From assembly GCA_030651695.1 (NCBI GenBank), contig JAUSCD010000005.1, positions 122,915-186,914 on the forward strand: 64,000 nt of DNA. Direction: 5' to 3'. Origin of the DNA: Pseudohongiella sp. (GTDB lineage: Bacteria; Pseudomonadota; Gammaproteobacteria; Pseudomonadales; Pseudohongiellaceae). The notes beneath the pieces are model-generated. The model saw only the letters and a program-made list of their open reading frames with translations, was not told the origin of the DNA and did no database searches. Positions 47,854 through 59,729 of this stretch are shown piece by piece (the first letter of the stretch is position 1; each line of letters opens with the position of its first letter). Position numbers and translations under genes: made by a program.

Positions 47854-48513
47854 TCAGTCCTTCTGCCCGGATGGCTCTTTTGGCGGAGCAGTTTCGACTG
47901 CGACCAGCTTCTTGCCTGTAACAGTGACCCGACCAGTAGGAGGGCTGTTGTAAACATCCTGAACGGGTGCTTTTGCTGGTTCTGCAGACTGTTCTGAGTC
48001 CGGCTCTGTGGCAGGGGGCTCTTCGGTAGCGAGTTCTTCGGGTGGTCCGTCAGTTGCTGTTTCCGGAACAAAAAAGGTGTTGGCATTTGCAGTGGGTTGC
48101 GGCGCTGCAGGGCGGTCGGGAGTACTGTCCGGCCAGTTGTCGGCGCCGGTCGGCACACCTTCATCGGCGCTTGAAATTACAACGGGCGCTGCTGAGGGTG
48201 TGGTAGAACTGATTGCGCGTGCAATACCATCCTGGGTTTTATCCAGTTCCTTTTTAGTGTCCTTTACCAGCTTGTCAGCGCTTTTGCGGGCCTTATCGAT
48301 GTCAGCCAGAATGGATTCGTTGTGCAGTTGGCGACGGATATCATCAGTGTTCAGTTGCTGCTCAATCTCGGATTTGACGTTGTTGAATGTCCGTTTGGCG
48401 CGGCCCAGCCATAAAGCGCCAGTACGCACAGCGCCAGGAAGCTTTTCTGGCCCCAACACTAACAAAGCCACCACAAAGATGACCAAAAGCTCGATGAAAC
48501 TGATACCGAACAT
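47854..48513 (-). CDS. tatB: Tat translocase subunit TatB
   Basis: [26 protein letters not shown], amphipathic helix, long Pro/Ala/Thr tail. Confidence 0.96.
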   Translation of the reverse strand: MFGISFIELLVIFVVALLVLGPEKLPGAVRTGALWLGRAKRTFNNVKSEIEQQLNTDDIRRQLHNESILADIDKARKSADKLVKDTKKELDKTQDGIARAISSTTPSAAPVVISSADEGVPTGADNWPDSTPDRPAAPQPTANANTFFVPETATDGPPEELATEEPPATEPDSEQSAEPAKAPVQDVYNSPPTGRVTVTGKKLVAVETAPPKEPSGQKD

Positions 48514-48549
48514 CGTTGCTACCCGCGCCTGAGTAAGGGTGAATCAGGA

Positions 48550-48789
48550 TTATTTATCCTGTGCTTTCTCGGTGCGTGCGCTGACGTTGCCATCGGCTGC
48601 GCTGTCGTCTGCTAACTGATCAGGATCAGACTTGCCGTCTTTTTCGTCATCTTTCACTGCCTGTTTAAAACCTTTCAGAGCTCCGCCAAGATCGCTGCCC
48701 AATGTGCGCAATTTTTTGGTGCCAAACAGAAGCACAATAATCAGTGCGATGATAAGTAACTGCCAGATACTGATGCCGCCGATACCCAT
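48550..48789 (-). CDS. tatA: Tat translocase subunit TatA
   Basis: [38 protein letters not shown]. Confidence 0.97.
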   Translation of the reverse strand: MGIGGISIWQLLIIALIIVLLFGTKKLRTLGSDLGGALKGFKQAVKDDEKDGKSDPDQLADDSAADGNVSARTEKAQDK

Positions 48790-48810
48790 ACTTCCTCCGA
48801 GTGCCTGATA

Positions 48811-48846
48811 CTCACATGACTATTCACATGACTACTCAAATGAACC
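48811..48846. repeat. Three tandem 12-bp units between hisE and tatA
   Basis: CTCACATGACTA / TTCACATGACTA / CTCAAATGAACC. Confidence 0.8.
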
Positions 48847-48860
48847 AGGCTGATAAATAG

Positions 48861-49214
48861 TTATTTTGCTGCTCTGGATGCCTTTTCAGCGAGGCCAGAT
48901 ATGTTAAAGCGCTTTCCGAGTTCTTCCAAGACCTGCTCATGGCTGAGGCCAAGATGGCTGAGCATGACCATGCTGTGGAACCACAGGTCGGCTGTTTCGC
49001 CAATCACGGCCTGAGCATCTGCGCCGGCCTGCACATCGCGGGCAGCCAGAATGGTTTCCACCGCTTCCTCGCCCACTTTTTCCAGAATTTTATTCAAACC
49101 TTTTTTATGCAGGCTGGCGACATAAGAGTTGTCTGCGTCGGCCTGTTTGCGCTCCTCCAGCAACTGTGCAAGTTGCTGCAGAACGTGATTGCTGGTTTTT
49201 GTAGTGTCAGACAT
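48861..49214 (-). CDS. hisE: Phosphoribosyl-ATP pyrophosphohydrolase
   Basis: [32 protein letters not shown]. Confidence 0.96.
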   Translation of the reverse strand: MSDTTKTSNHVLQQLAQLLEERKQADADNSYVASLHKKGLNKILEKVGEEAVETILAARDVQAGADAQAVIGETADLWFHSMVMLSHLGLSHEQVLEELGKRFNISGLAEKASRAAK

Positions 49215-49650
49215 CGCTTTTTGACTTTACCTTGTACATCTGTGCCGGATCTTTTAGTACCGCGTCGGTAACTTTCCAGTTGATACCGTCATTGCTCTGT
49301 TCAAGTTGCTGATAGAAGCAGCTTTCACGACCAGTGTGGCAGGCTACTCCGCCCACTTGCTCCACCAGATAACACACAGTATCGCCGTCGCAGTCGAGCA
49401 ACACCTGATGGATGCGCTGCACGTTACCGGACTCTTCGCCTTTGCGCCAGATTCTCTGGCGTGAGCGAGACCAATACACGGCACGACCTTCAGCCTGCGT
49501 CAGCGCCAGGGCTTCACGATTGATCCACGCATGGGTCAGTAAACGACGACTGTGTACGTCCTGGGTAACCACCGGCACCAGTCCTTCACTGTTCCATTTG
49601 ACCTGATCAAGCCAGTCAGTGTTGTTCATGTGTTCAGTATGCTCTTTCAT
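49207..49650 (-). CDS. hisI: Phosphoribosyl-AMP cyclohydrolase
   Basis: [42 protein letters not shown]. Confidence 0.96.
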   Translation of the reverse strand: MKEHTEHMNNTDWLDQVKWNSEGLVPVVTQDVHSRRLLTHAWINREALALTQAEGRAVYWSRSRQRIWRKGEESGNVQRIHQVLLDCDGDTVCYLVEQVGGVACHTGRESCFYQQLEQSNDGINWKVTDAVLKDPAQMYKVKSKSDV

Positions 49651-51215
49651 GTTCTGAAATACAAAAAGCCGCTTGCCGCCGCCACAACCAGGATAGCTGT
49701 CAGCAAACGTCGCTGGCGCTTGCGCCGCCGCCTGTCGCGCAGGTGCTGTTGTAGTAGCGCTGCCTGCAATGTCTCGTTAATGTTTTGAAGTTTCTGGTGT
49801 TGGTTCAAGCTGTTAAGCACGAGCTGGGGCAAATGGGGAAACTGCTCAATCCAGTCCGGTGCGTTGTCTTTCAGGGACCGCCACAAATACGAAGGCTTCA
49901 TTCTGCGCCGATTCCAGTTCTCCAGAAACGGCAGGGCAGTCTGCCACAGATCCAGATCAGGGTATAGCTGGCGCCCCAGCCCTTCGACGTTGAGCAGGGT
50001 CTTCTGCAACAGCACCAGAGAGGGTTGAACTTCCATATTAAAACGACCAGCGGTGCGGAATAGCTGCACCAGCAGATAACCAAAGGAGATGTCTTTTAAG
50101 GGTTTTTCGAAAATTGGCTCGCACACGGTACGCATGGCTGCTTCAAATTCCACCACTTTGGTGTTTTTAGGAACCCAGCCGCTTTCCACATGCAGTTCCG
50201 CAACCTTGCGGTAGTCCCGTTTGAAGATGGCCAGCAGGTTGCGCGCCAGATACTGCTGATCCTCGCGGCTTAGCGAGCCGATGATGGCGCAGTCAATGGC
50301 GATATAGCGCGGGTATTCCGGATTGGATGGATCAACAAAAATATTGCCGGGGTGCATATCTGCATGGAAAAAGCTGTGTTCAAACACCTGTGTGAAAAAG
50401 ATGTTAACGCCTGTCTCCGCCAATTGTTTGAGATTTACGCCCTGTGCATTCAGTGCCGCAATATCTGAAACAGGAATGCCCCGGATGCGCTCGGTAACCA
50501 GCATGGTGTCGCGAGTGACGTCCCAGTACACCTTGGGTACATACAATTTGGGGGAGTTCTCGAAGTTACGGCGCAACAGGGTGGTGTTGGCACCTTCAGA
50601 CAAGAGGTTGAGTTCACCCAGGATAATGTGTTCGTAGTCGTTGATAACTTCACGCGGCTTGAGCCGGCGACCATCAGGCAGGTAGCGCTCCACGAGACGT
50701 GCCGCCCATTTGAGAACTTTTATGTCTTCCCGGATGGTTTTCTCAATTCCCGGGCGCAGGATCTTGATGACAACTTCTTCTCCGGTGATCAGGTGCGCTT
50801 CATGGACCTGCGCAATCGACGCAGAAGCAAGGGATTCTGCCTTGATGTCCGCAAAATAGTCCTGCCACCGGGCGCCTAGGGCTTTTTCGACAACTTCAAA
50901 CACGGTGGGCGAGGTAAACCCGGGTACGCGGTCCTGCAGGTTTTGCAATTCATCACTGATATCCAGTGGCAGGAAATCACGCCGTGTGGATAACAATTGG
51001 CCAAACTTGATATAGATGGGTCCCAGCTCCTGCAACGCTTCCTTAAGACGCTGGGCAGACGTGAGATCGCGGGTTTTGTTGCCGGCAAAGATACCAACAG
51101 AATACATGGCAAGACGCAGTGGCCAGGCTCTGGCGGTTAACGGGCTGATCTGGTCAAGCCGGTATTTGGCGCAGACCGAGACTATACGCAGCAGTCGGGG
51201 AAGGTGGGACACCAA
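49647..51215 (-). CDS. ubiB: Ubiquinone biosynthesis kinase-like protein UbiB
   Basis: [43 protein letters not shown]. Confidence 0.96.
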   Translation of the reverse strand: MVSHLPRLLRIVSVCAKYRLDQISPLTARAWPLRLAMYSVGIFAGNKTRDLTSAQRLKEALQELGPIYIKFGQLLSTRRDFLPLDISDELQNLQDRVPGFTSPTVFEVVEKALGARWQDYFADIKAESLASASIAQVHEAHLITGEEVVIKILRPGIEKTIREDIKVLKWAARLVERYLPDGRRLKPREVINDYEHIILGELNLLSEGANTTLLRRNFENSPKLYVPKVYWDVTRDTMLVTERIRGIPVSDIAALNAQGVNLKQLAETGVNIFFTQVFEHSFFHADMHPGNIFVDPSNPEYPRYIAIDCAIIGSLSREDQQYLARNLLAIFKRDYRKVAELHVESGWVPKNTKVVEFEAAMRTVCEPIFEKPLKDISFGYLLVQLFRTAGRFNMEVQPSLVLLQKTLLNVEGLGRQLYPDLDLWQTALPFLENWNRRRMKPSYLWRSLKDNAPDWIEQFPHLPQLVLNSLNQHQKLQNINETLQAALLQQHLRDRRRRKRQRRLLTAILVVAAASGFLYFRT

Positions 51216-51221
51216 TGTTCC

Positions 51222-51878
51222 TCAGACCCGCTTGGTCAGGGTTTTCATCACCCCTGCCATCAGTTTCATGCCGGCAGTAACGGGCAGAGGCAGTTCAGCG
51301 CCGCCTGCAGCCATGGCGCTGTCGCCATGTTTTTGTTCATCAACAATCATCTGCTGGATGACCGCACGGCTTTTGTGATCGTGTGGGGGCAGAAGTTCCA
51401 GATGTTCTTCCAGATGTTCACACACCTGTTTTTCTGTTTCACCAACAAACCCCAGACTCCATTTGTCGCCGATCATGCCGGCAACTGCGCCGAGTCCGAA
51501 GGACATGGCGTAAAAAGCAGGATTAAGCAGGCTGGGGCGGCTGTCGAGTTCCTTCAGCCTGGTTTCACACCAGGCCAGATGATCTACCTCTTCGGCCGCG
51601 GCGTGGTTCATGGTGTCACGCACATCAGGCAGGCGTGCCGTCAGCGACTGACCCTGATACAGCGCTTGCGCGCAGACCTCGCCGGTGTGGTTGATACGCA
51701 TCAGTCCGGCGGCGAGCCTGCGCTCCTCGTCCGAGAGCTCGCTGCCATCCGCTTTGCCAGCGGGTGAAACACGTTGCGCGTGGCTGCTGCCCGGTACCAG
51801 CGTATGCAGAGCCTGATCCAGTTGAAGAATCAAACGATCTGCCAGGCTGTAATGATCCCGATTGTCAGTTGCGCGCAT
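51222..51878 (-). CDS. coq7: Demethoxyubiquinone hydroxylase Coq7 (di-iron)
   Basis: [42 protein letters not shown]. Confidence 0.95.
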   Translation of the reverse strand: MRATDNRDHYSLADRLILQLDQALHTLVPGSSHAQRVSPAGKADGSELSDEERRLAAGLMRINHTGEVCAQALYQGQSLTARLPDVRDTMNHAAAEEVDHLAWCETRLKELDSRPSLLNPAFYAMSFGLGAVAGMIGDKWSLGFVGETEKQVCEHLEEHLELLPPHDHKSRAVIQQMIVDEQKHGDSAMAAGGAELPLPVTAGMKLMAGVMKTLTKRV

Positions 51879-51892
51879 AAACCGTATTCCTG

Positions 51893-53191
51893 TTATTTGG
51901 CAGCAGAGGTTTCGCGGGCTATTGCCCGGTGGCCGATGTCGGTGCGGAAGTAGATTCTATCCCAGTGAATATTTTCTGCCAGCTGATAAGCCGCTTTTTG
52001 TGCGGCAGTTACAGTATCACCCAGAGCAACGGCGCACAGCACGCGGCCGCCGTTGGTTACAATCTGCCCGTCTTTCAGCGTTGTGCCGGCATGGAACACT
52101 TTGCCGTAGCCAGACTGTGCGGCTGTATCCAGGCCACTTATAACGGCGCCTTTGCCATAGGCATCCGGATAACCTCCGGCCGCCAGCACTACGCCGATAC
52201 TGGCGCGGCTATCCCAGTTGGCTTGTTTCTGATCCAGCTTGCCGTCGATGGCAGCCTGGCACAGTTCAGCCAGATCGGACTGCAAACGCATCATCACCGG
52301 TTGTGCTTCCGGGTCACCAAATCGGCAGTTGAACTCGATCACAAACGGGTCGCCGTTGTCGTCAATCATCAGGCCTGCATACAGGAAGCCGGTATAAGGG
52401 TTGCCTTCAGCCGCCATGCCGCGCACGGTGGGCATAATCACCCGGTGCATGACTTTGTCGTGAATCTCTTGTGTAACTACCGGTGCGGGGGAGTATGCGC
52501 CCATGCCGCCAGTGTTGGGGCCTTTGTCGCCATTATCCCGCGCCTTGTGGTCCTGTGAGGTCGCAAACGGAAGTACATGCTCACCATCGACCATCACAAT
52601 AAAGCTGGCTTCTTCACCCAACAGGAACTGCTCAATCACCACGCGGCTGCCGGCATCACCAAACTTGTTGCCTGACAACATATCGCGAATGGTGGATTCA
52701 GCCTCTTCCTGCGTCTGCGGGATGATAACGCCTTTGCCGGCGGCGAGGCCGTCGGCTTTTATCACGATGGGAGTGCCTTTCTCGCGCACATAGGCAATAG
52801 CGGCATCAACATCGGTGAAGTTCTGATAGGCCGCCGTCGGGATTTTATGGCGAGCCAGAAAATCTTTGGTGAATGCCTTGGAGCCTTCCAGCTGGGCTGC
52901 GCCCTTGCGCGGACCAAAACAACGAAGGCCGTGCGCAGTAAAGAAGTCCACGACACCGGCAACAAGCGGTGCTTCGGGACCAACCACGGTCAGACCAACA
53001 TTATTGTTTTTGGCAAACTCTGCCAGAGCAGGAAAATCCAGCGGGTCGATGGCAACATTGACAACACCGGCTTCGGTAGCTGTACCGGCATTGCCCGGAG
53101 CCACAAATACTTTTTCTACGCCAGCAGACTGGGCAAGTTTCCATGCCAGCGCGTGCTCACGGCCGCCGTTGCCAAGTATCAGAATATTCAT
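51893..53191 (-). CDS. purD: Phosphoribosylamine-glycine ligase
   Basis: [45 protein letters not shown]. Confidence 0.98.
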   Translation of the reverse strand: MNILILGNGGREHALAWKLAQSAGVEKVFVAPGNAGTATEAGVVNVAIDPLDFPALAEFAKNNNVGLTVVGPEAPLVAGVVDFFTAHGLRCFGPRKGAAQLEGSKAFTKDFLARHKIPTAAYQNFTDVDAAIAYVREKGTPIVIKADGLAAGKGVIIPQTQEEAESTIRDMLSGNKFGDAGSRVVIEQFLLGEEASFIVMVDGEHVLPFATSQDHKARDNGDKGPNTGGMGAYSPAPVVTQEIHDKVMHRVIMPTVRGMAAEGNPYTGFLYAGLMIDDNGDPFVIEFNCRFGDPEAQPVMMRLQSDLAELCQAAIDGKLDQKQANWDSRASIGVVLAAGGYPDAYGKGAVISGLDTAAQSGYGKVFHAGTTLKDGQIVTNGGRVLCAVALGDTVTAAQKAAYQLAENIHWDRIYFRTDIGHRAIARETSAAK

Positions 53192-53248
53192 AAGCAATCT
53201 GTCCAGAATTAAAAAATATCAGTTTCAGCGTTGGCGTACCGGTCGGTC

Positions 53249-53372
53249 GGAAGCGTCAGCGAGGCCGCTCAGGCGAGGCGAAGGCTACCGGGACCAGCGC
53301 AGTTTACATCAGGTAAATGAGCATGGGACCGGTAGCCTTCAACGAAGCATGAGTCGTTTCGCTGGCGCTTCC
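53249..53372. mobile_element. 124-bp nested inverted-repeat element, ERIC/IRU-like miniature element, between purH and purD
   Basis: Outer GGAAGCGTCAGCGA / TCGCTGGCGCTTCC; perfect GAAGGCTACCGG / CCGGTAGCCTTC; core GCGCAGTTTAC-ATCAG-GTAAATGAGC. Confidence 0.65.
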
Positions 53373-53378
53373 TTCCCC

Positions 53379-54950
53379 TTAATGGCGGAAATGGCGGATC
53401 CCGGTAAACACCATCGCCATCCCGGCCTCATCAGCCGCTGCAATGACTTCGGCGTCACGCATCGAGCCACCAGGCTGGATAACTGCGCTGACGCCGGCTT
53501 TGGCCGCTGCATCAATGCCATCACGGAACGGGAAGAACGCATCCGATGCCATTACTGAGCCTTCCACCACCAGGTTTTCGTCGGCCGCTTTGATGCCGGC
53601 AATTTTTGCGCTGTATACACGGCTCATCTGGCCGGCACCAATACCAATTGTTTGCTGGTTCTTGCAGTAAACAATGGCATTGGATTTCACAAACTGAGCC
53701 ACAGTCCAGGCGAACATCAAGTCCGCAAGTTCCTGTTCACTGGGCTGGCGCTTGCTGACTACAGTGAGGTCGTTGCGGCTGATCTGGTGAATATCTCTGT
53801 CCTGCACCAGCAGTCCGCCATTAATACGTTTGTAGTCCCAGGCGGTCTGCGGTTTTGCCGGCCACTGACCACAGGCCATTACCCGAACATTGGGCTTCCC
53901 GGCAAAAACCTCGAGCGCTTCTGTGGAGACTGTCGGGGCGATAATAACTTCGCTGAACTGTTGATCAACAATCTTCTGCGCAGTGGCGGCGTCCAGTTCA
54001 CGGTTGAATGCGATGATACCTCCGAACGCTGATGTCGGATCAGTCTGAAATGCCAGTTGGTAGGCTTCGGCAATGGAGCCGGCAATGGCGACACCACAGG
54101 GGTTGGCATGTTTGACGATAACACAGGCAGGTTCGCTGAAACTCTTCACACATTCCAGTGCGGCGTCAGTGTCGGCAATATTGTTGTACGACAACTCTTT
54201 GCCCTGCAACTGTTCTGCTGTGCTGACGCTGGATTCCTGAGGCTGTTTCTCAACGTAAAACGCAGCTTTCTGATGCGGATTCTCGCCGTAACGCAGGTCC
54301 TGCTTTTTCTGAAACTGGCTGGAGAAAGTACGCGGGAATTCACTGCCTGAAACAATCCTGCCAAGATAGTTGGCAATGGCACCGTCATACGCAGCGGTAT
54401 GCTCGTAGGTACGAACAGCAAGATCAAAACGGGTCGCCTGAGTCAGGCCGCCTCCGTTGATTTTGATTTCAGCAAGAATGCGCGGGTAGTCTGACGGATT
54501 TACAACCACCGCCACCCAGGCATTATTCTTGGCCGCAGCGCGCAACATGGTCGGGCCACCGATATCGATATTTTCGATTGCAGTGGGCAGATCACAGTCC
54601 GGTTTGGCAACAGTTGCTTCAAATGGATACAGATTCACCACCACCAGATCGATTGGTGGAATATTATGAGTTTGCATCACTTCCGCATCGATTTCGCGGC
54701 GCGCCAGAATGCCCCCGTGCACTTTCGGGTGCAAGGTTTTGACGCGACCGTCCATCATTTCCGGAAAGCCGGTGTAGTCAGCAATTTCGATGGCCGCAAC
54801 GTTGTTGTCCTGCAGCAAGCGATATGTGCCGCCTGTGGACAAAATTTCAACGCCTGCCTGTTGCAGTGCGCGAGCAAAATCAACAATACCGGTTTTGTCC
54901 GACACACTGAGTAACGCGCGGCGGATAACAGCAATTTTATCTGTAGACAT
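53379..54950 (-). CDS. purH: Bifunctional AICAR transformylase/IMP cyclohydrolase
   Basis: [51 protein letters not shown]. Confidence 0.98.
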   Translation of the reverse strand: MSTDKIAVIRRALLSVSDKTGIVDFARALQQAGVEILSTGGTYRLLQDNNVAAIEIADYTGFPEMMDGRVKTLHPKVHGGILARREIDAEVMQTHNIPPIDLVVVNLYPFEATVAKPDCDLPTAIENIDIGGPTMLRAAAKNNAWVAVVVNPSDYPRILAEIKINGGGLTQATRFDLAVRTYEHTAAYDGAIANYLGRIVSGSEFPRTFSSQFQKKQDLRYGENPHQKAAFYVEKQPQESSVSTAEQLQGKELSYNNIADTDAALECVKSFSEPACVIVKHANPCGVAIAGSIAEAYQLAFQTDPTSAFGGIIAFNRELDAATAQKIVDQQFSEVIIAPTVSTEALEVFAGKPNVRVMACGQWPAKPQTAWDYKRINGGLLVQDRDIHQISRNDLTVVSKRQPSEQELADLMFAWTVAQFVKSNAIVYCKNQQTIGIGAGQMSRVYSAKIAGIKAADENLVVEGSVMASDAFFPFRDGIDAAAKAGVSAVIQPGGSMRDAEVIAAADEAGMAMVFTGIRHFRH

Positions 54951-55011
54951 AGTAGTAATCAGGTGCAGTTTAAAGGGTGGGAATGGCGTCGGGGCCTGAT
55001 GTAGTAGAGAA

Positions 55012-55326
55012 TTAATCTAACAGCCCGTACTGTTTCATCTTTTTGCGTAGGGTACCACGGTTCAAACCCAGCATGGTAGAGGCCTTGCTCTGGTTGCCGG
55101 CGGTGTTTTTCAGTACGGCCTGCAGTAGCGGTGCTTCAACTTCGCTTAATACAACATCATAAAGATTACGCACCAGATCTTCGTTGCCGAGATCTTCAAA
55201 ATATTTTTCCATTGCTCTTTCTACAGCCTGGCGCAAGCTGCCGTTGTTATCTTCAGGGGCATTGTGATGTTCGCCCGCAATAACAAGTGGGTAATTTCTG
55301 TCATTATTCTGAGAGTCTTTTTTCAT
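55012..55326 (-). CDS. fis: DNA-binding protein Fis
   Basis: [40 protein letters not shown]; follows dusB. Confidence 0.93.
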   Translation of the reverse strand: MKKDSQNNDRNYPLVIAGEHHNAPEDNNGSLRQAVERAMEKYFEDLGNEDLVRNLYDVVLSEVEAPLLQAVLKNTAGNQSKASTMLGLNRGTLRKKMKQYGLLD

Positions 55327-56378
55327 GCCACTGCCAGCTTTGTCAGATATTCTGTATGCCAGTTTTCAAGCAAGGCCTGCTGCGATGCCATGTTTTCCTC
55401 CATCATAAATCTGGTCTTCAGATCATCACCGCCCGGAAGAGCTTTACTGTACCAGTCAATATGTTTGCGGGCAAAGAGCGCGCCACAGGATTCACCATAA
55501 AACGCATGCAAAGCACGGATGTGGTCTTGCATCAGATGGCTGATATCCAGGGCTGTCGGTAGTACAGCGTGTTCGCCATGTTGCAGATATTGGCGGATTT
55601 CACGGAATATCCATGGCCGGCCCTGCGCGGCACGGCCAATCATCAATCCGTCGGCTCCCGTGTGATAAAGCACCCAGGCAGCTTTTTCCGGAGAAGTGAT
55701 ATCGCCATTGGCGATTACCGGGATGCTGATGCTGTGTTTGATCTCAGCTATGGTGTCGTACTCGGCATCCCCCAGAAAGCGACACTCGCGGGTTCTGCCG
55801 TGAACACTGAGCATGCGAATGCCGCAGTCTTCAGCAATGCGCGCTATCTCCATACCGTTTTTTTCCGCCCGACACCAGCCGGTGCGCATCTTCAACGTCA
55901 CCGGAATGTCAACCGCATTCACTACAGCGCTCAGGATTTGCTGCACAAGGTCAGGGTCTCGCATCAAAGCTGAGCCTGCTGCTTTCTTCAGAACTTTTTT
56001 TGCCGGGCAGCCCATGTTGATATCGATGACTTCAGCGCCCATATCTGCATTGATACGCGCAGCCTCCGCCATCATCTGAGGATCGAAACCGGCAATCTGT
56101 ACGATCTCGGGACCGCCCGCAGACGATCGCTTCATGCGCAAGCGATTTTTTTCTGTTTTCCACATGGCGGTATCTGCAGGCAGCATCTCGGCAACCGTCA
56201 ATGTGGCGCCTTGCTGAATACAAACCTCTCTGAATGGCAGATCGCTGACGCCCACCATGGGTGCAAGCAGTATCGGGCATTGCAGTGTGTGCTGGCCAAG
56301 TTTGAAACTGGGCGGCGGTGCCAGGCTCAGCGGATTGACCTTGTAGTCAGGCAGCGGAGTTTGACTAATCGTTTTCAT
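55323..56378 (-). CDS. dusB: tRNA-dihydrouridine synthase B
   Basis: LAPMVGVSD, IDINMGCPAKKV, AGSALM, VHGRTR, NGDI, IGRAAQGRPWIF. Confidence 0.96.
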   Translation of the reverse strand: MKTISQTPLPDYKVNPLSLAPPPSFKLGQHTLQCPILLAPMVGVSDLPFREVCIQQGATLTVAEMLPADTAMWKTEKNRLRMKRSSAGGPEIVQIAGFDPQMMAEAARINADMGAEVIDINMGCPAKKVLKKAAGSALMRDPDLVQQILSAVVNAVDIPVTLKMRTGWCRAEKNGMEIARIAEDCGIRMLSVHGRTRECRFLGDAEYDTIAEIKHSISIPVIANGDITSPEKAAWVLYHTGADGLMIGRAAQGRPWIFREIRQYLQHGEHAVLPTALDISHLMQDHIRALHAFYGESCGALFARKHIDWYSKALPGGDDLKTRFMMEENMASQQALLENWHTEYLTKLAVA

Positions 56379-56946
56379 AAACAAACTCAAGAGTGTAGTT
56401 CACTGCATTCGGCCCCGGATCGCGCACTGCCAGCGCTCCATCCAATTGCGCGCCCTGCGCGATTGCACCTGCCGGCAGCAGTTCCAGTGGCAGGTAGTGG
56501 CCCGGATAAAAGCGCCTCGCCGCAACTATTTCCTGCTCAGTATTACTGAATGACAGTTGCACAGCGGGGAATGCCTGTGGATACATGGCGGTGTTGTGTA
56601 CCCGGAATCTGACCAATAACATATCCTGATAATCAGGGTGTGGATCTACAGATAAATACACACTGCGCAGCGCTGAAGAGTTTTTCACGACCGGCAACTC
56701 ACAAGCCAGTTGTTCACAAGCTCTGGCAAGAAGCGGGCGCCATAGTGAATGACGTAAAAAGTAATCCTGGTAGTGATAAAAAACCTGTACCAACAGACAT
56801 ATGGACAGAATCACACAGCCTGCAAGGTAACCCATCATTGCGCGCCATCTCGCTGGCGTGCGCGGTTCTTCGCCAAGTATCAGCGGATCATCAAACTCAG
56901 GCAGATGTGCTGTTTTATCAGCACTGGATTCCACGATGGTCCACAT
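56365..56946 (-). CDS. DUF3426-like membrane protein lacking an N-terminal zinc ribbon
   Basis: One TM helix, RPLLARACEQLACELP, QAFPAVQLSFSN..VAARRFYP..YL; between prmA and dusB. Confidence 0.8.
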   Translation of the reverse strand: MWTIVESSADKTAHLPEFDDPLILGEEPRTPARWRAMMGYLAGCVILSICLLVQVFYHYQDYFLRHSLWRPLLARACEQLACELPVVKNSSALRSVYLSVDPHPDYQDMLLVRFRVHNTAMYPQAFPAVQLSFSNTEQEIVAARRFYPGHYLPLELLPAGAIAQGAQLDGALAVRDPGPNAVNYTLEFVYEND

Positions 56947-56949
56947 ATT

Positions 56950-57828
56950 TTATGCGCGGCGTGTTCCTGTAATTCTGACCCACTGATCACGGATAACAGG
57001 CGGCTCAAGATCAAACCAGGGCTGATAGGAGCGAATCAGGGATTCAGTCTGTTCTGACAATACGCCGGACAGTACCAGTTTGCCACCCGGTCTGGTCAGG
57101 CCGGTAAGCACAGGTGTCAACTCTTCCAGCGGTCCTGACAGAATGTTGGCCAGCACTATGTCAGCAGCTGCATGCCCGACACCGGGCAAATAAACCGTCA
57201 GCTTTTCAGCGGGCACACCATTCATGTCGCGGTTACTTTTTGTGGCAATAATTGCCTGCGGATCATTGTCGACCCCAACCACGTGATCTGCGCCCAGCAA
57301 AATTGCGGCAATCGCAAGAATTCCTGAGCCGCAGCCGTAGTCGATCACCGCCTTGCCCTCAACATCGCAGCCGTCCAGCCACTCCAGACATAGTGCTGTT
57401 GTTGGATGTGTGCCGGAGCCAAACGCCAGGCCGGGATCCAGCATCAGATTGACGGCGTCAGGCTCAGGTGGTTGCAGCCAGCTGGGCACCACCCACAACC
57501 GCCGGCCAAAACAGATGGGTTTGAAATCATCCATCCAGGCGCGCTCCCAGTCCTGATCCGCGATTTCTTCGATTTCGAGATCCTGCTCTGAGAGCCGCGA
57601 CGTACCGCTGATGCGTTTAATCAGCGATTTAACACAAGCTTTTGCTTCGAACAACGCGCTCAGTTTCATGTTCTGCCAAAGCGGAGTGGTCCCCGGGTCC
57701 AGTTGGAAAACCGGGACGTCTTCGGCATCAATCAGCGTCACTGACACAGCCCCCAGGGACTGGAACAATTGTTCCATCTCTGCGGCTTCTGTGTCAGTGA
57801 TGCGGGCATTAATCTGTAACCACGGCAT
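56950..57828 (-). CDS. prmA: Ribosomal protein L11 methyltransferase
   Basis: DQDWERAW, LDPGLAFGSGTHPTT, DYGCGSGILAI, VLANIL. Confidence 0.97.
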   Translation of the reverse strand: MPWLQINARITDTEAAEMEQLFQSLGAVSVTLIDAEDVPVFQLDPGTTPLWQNMKLSALFEAKACVKSLIKRISGTSRLSEQDLEIEEIADQDWERAWMDDFKPICFGRRLWVVPSWLQPPEPDAVNLMLDPGLAFGSGTHPTTALCLEWLDGCDVEGKAVIDYGCGSGILAIAAILLGADHVVGVDNDPQAIIATKSNRDMNGVPAEKLTVYLPGVGHAAADIVLANILSGPLEELTPVLTGLTRPGGKLVLSGVLSEQTESLIRSYQPWFDLEPPVIRDQWVRITGTRRA

Positions 57829-57853
57829 GCGTTTGCTCTCTTGGCTGTGCTTG

Positions 57854-59212
57854 TCAGCTGTTTTTGCCGTGAGCGCCGTTCAGCATGTGCTCCAGATAAT
57901 GGATGTTGGTTCCACCTTTGCGGAAGTTAGGATCCCTCAAAATATCCTTGTGCAATGGTGTATTGGTGCGTATGCCATCAATCAGCAATTCGTCCAGTGC
58001 GTTCTGCATACGAACCAGCGCTTCTTCTCTGCTGCTGCCGTAAGTGATCAGTTTGGCAATCAGTGAGTCATAAAACGGTGGTACGGTGTAACCACTATAA
58101 ATGTGCGAGTCGACCCTTACGCCATTACCGCCCGGGGCATGAAACAAATTGATCTTGCCGGGGCATGGCATGAAGGTTGCCGGGTCTTCCGCATTAATAC
58201 GGCATTCCAGAGCGTGGCCTTTGATGTGCACGTCTTCCTGTCTGATCGTCAGTGGCATACCGCTGGCAATTTTCAGCTGCTCTTTTACGATGTCGATGCC
58301 GGTAACCATTTCGGTGACCGGGTGTTCGACCTGAACACGTGTGTTCATCTCGATAAAGTAGAACTGCTCGTCCTGATACAGGAATTCCAGAGTGCCGGCG
58401 CCGCGGTATTTCATCTGCTTGCAGGCTTTGATACAGGTTTCTGCAACACTCTGGCGTATTGCATCAGGAATGCCAGGTGCGGGTGCTTCTTCCAGTACTT
58501 TCTGATGACGTCGCTGCATGGAACAGTCGCGGTCGCCCAGATAGAGCGCGCCGCCAAGTCCGTCGCCCAACACCTGGATTTCCACGTGACGCGGATTCTC
58601 CAGGAATTTTTCCAGATAGACAGTATCATTGCCAAATGCTGCTTTGGCTTCAGACTGAGTGACGTAAATTGCTTTTAACAAGGCTGCTTCGCTATGCACG
58701 ACGCGCATGCCGCGACCACCACCGCCTGCTGCAGCTTTAATAATGACCGGATAACCGATTCGTTTGGCAATTGACAGGGTGCGCTCGGCGTTGTCATCAA
58801 GCGGTCCATCAGAGCCGGGAACAGTCGGAACACCGGCCGCTATCATGGCTTTAATAGCCGAAACTTTGTCGCCCATCAGACGGATGGTTTCTGCGCGCGG
58901 ACCAATAAAAATAAAACCGCTGCGCTCAACCTGATCGGCAAAATCTGCGTTTTCTGACAGGAAACCGTAACCGGGATGGATGGCCACGGCGTCGGTGACT
59001 TCAGTCGCCGCAATAATGGCAGGTACATTCAGATAACTTTTGGCCGGGCTCGCCGGACCTATACAAACTGACTCATCAGCCAGTCGCACATGCATCAGAT
59101 CCCGGTCCGCACTGGAGTGCACGGCAACAGTTTTGATGCCGAGCTCTTTACAGGCGCGCAGAATACGCAAAGCGATTTCGCCGCGGTTGGCAATAAGGAC
59201 TTTTTCCAGCAT
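57854..59212 (-). CDS. accC: Biotin carboxylase
   Basis: [52 protein letters not shown]. Confidence 0.98.
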   Translation of the reverse strand: MLEKVLIANRGEIALRILRACKELGIKTVAVHSSADRDLMHVRLADESVCIGPASPAKSYLNVPAIIAATEVTDAVAIHPGYGFLSENADFADQVERSGFIFIGPRAETIRLMGDKVSAIKAMIAAGVPTVPGSDGPLDDNAERTLSIAKRIGYPVIIKAAAGGGGRGMRVVHSEAALLKAIYVTQSEAKAAFGNDTVYLEKFLENPRHVEIQVLGDGLGGALYLGDRDCSMQRRHQKVLEEAPAPGIPDAIRQSVAETCIKACKQMKYRGAGTLEFLYQDEQFYFIEMNTRVQVEHPVTEMVTGIDIVKEQLKIASGMPLTIRQEDVHIKGHALECRINAEDPATFMPCPGKINLFHAPGGNGVRVDSHIYSGYTVPPFYDSLIAKLITYGSSREEALVRMQNALDELLIDGIRTNTPLHKDILRDPNFRKGGTNIHYLEHMLNGAHGKNS

Positions 59213-59224
59213 GAGCGTGATCCC

Positions 59225-59683
59225 TTAAACGATGGTGACCAGAGCCTGGTCAAATTCAACGGGCTCGCCGTCCTGAGCCAGGATGGCTTCAACCACACCG
59301 GCATGATCAGCTTCGATCTGGTTCATCATTTTCATGGCTTCGATAATGCCGATGACGTCACCCACTTTGACATGCTGACCCACTTCAACAAATGAAGGAG
59401 AGGAGGGGGATGGTGCGCGGTAGAAAGTGCCGACCATCGGTGATTTCACCACATTGCCACGAATCTTTTTGGCTGCATCGGGCTCAGTTGCCGGTGCTGA
59501 AGCAACCGGGGCGGCAACCGGAGCTGGTGCGGCGATGGGAGCGCTGTGGTACTGAACAGGTGCCGGCGCAACTTTGCTCGCACGGCTGATTCTTACAGAT
59601 TCCTCACCCTCTTTTATTTCAATCTCCGCAACATCGGAGGACTCTAGCAGCTCGATGAGTTTTTTGACTTTTCTGATATCCAT
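59225..59683 (-). CDS. accB: Biotin carboxyl carrier protein
   Basis: [21 protein letters not shown], biotinylation motif EAMKMMN. Confidence 0.98.
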   Translation of the reverse strand: MDIRKVKKLIELLESSDVAEIEIKEGEESVRISRASKVAPAPVQYHSAPIAAPAPVAAPVASAPATEPDAAKKIRGNVVKSPMVGTFYRAPSPSSPSFVEVGQHVKVGDVIGIIEAMKMMNQIEADHAGVVEAILAQDGEPVEFDQALVTIV

Positions 59684-59729
59684 ACTGTGGTCTCTTTTTA
59701 TCGGGGTTTTAATCTTGATAATGCGTTAA

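Noticed and set aside
52866-53558. 230-aa plus-strand ORF crossing purD, the hairpin element and purH
   Set aside because: Antisense shadow of two housekeeping genes; no transposase or other motif.
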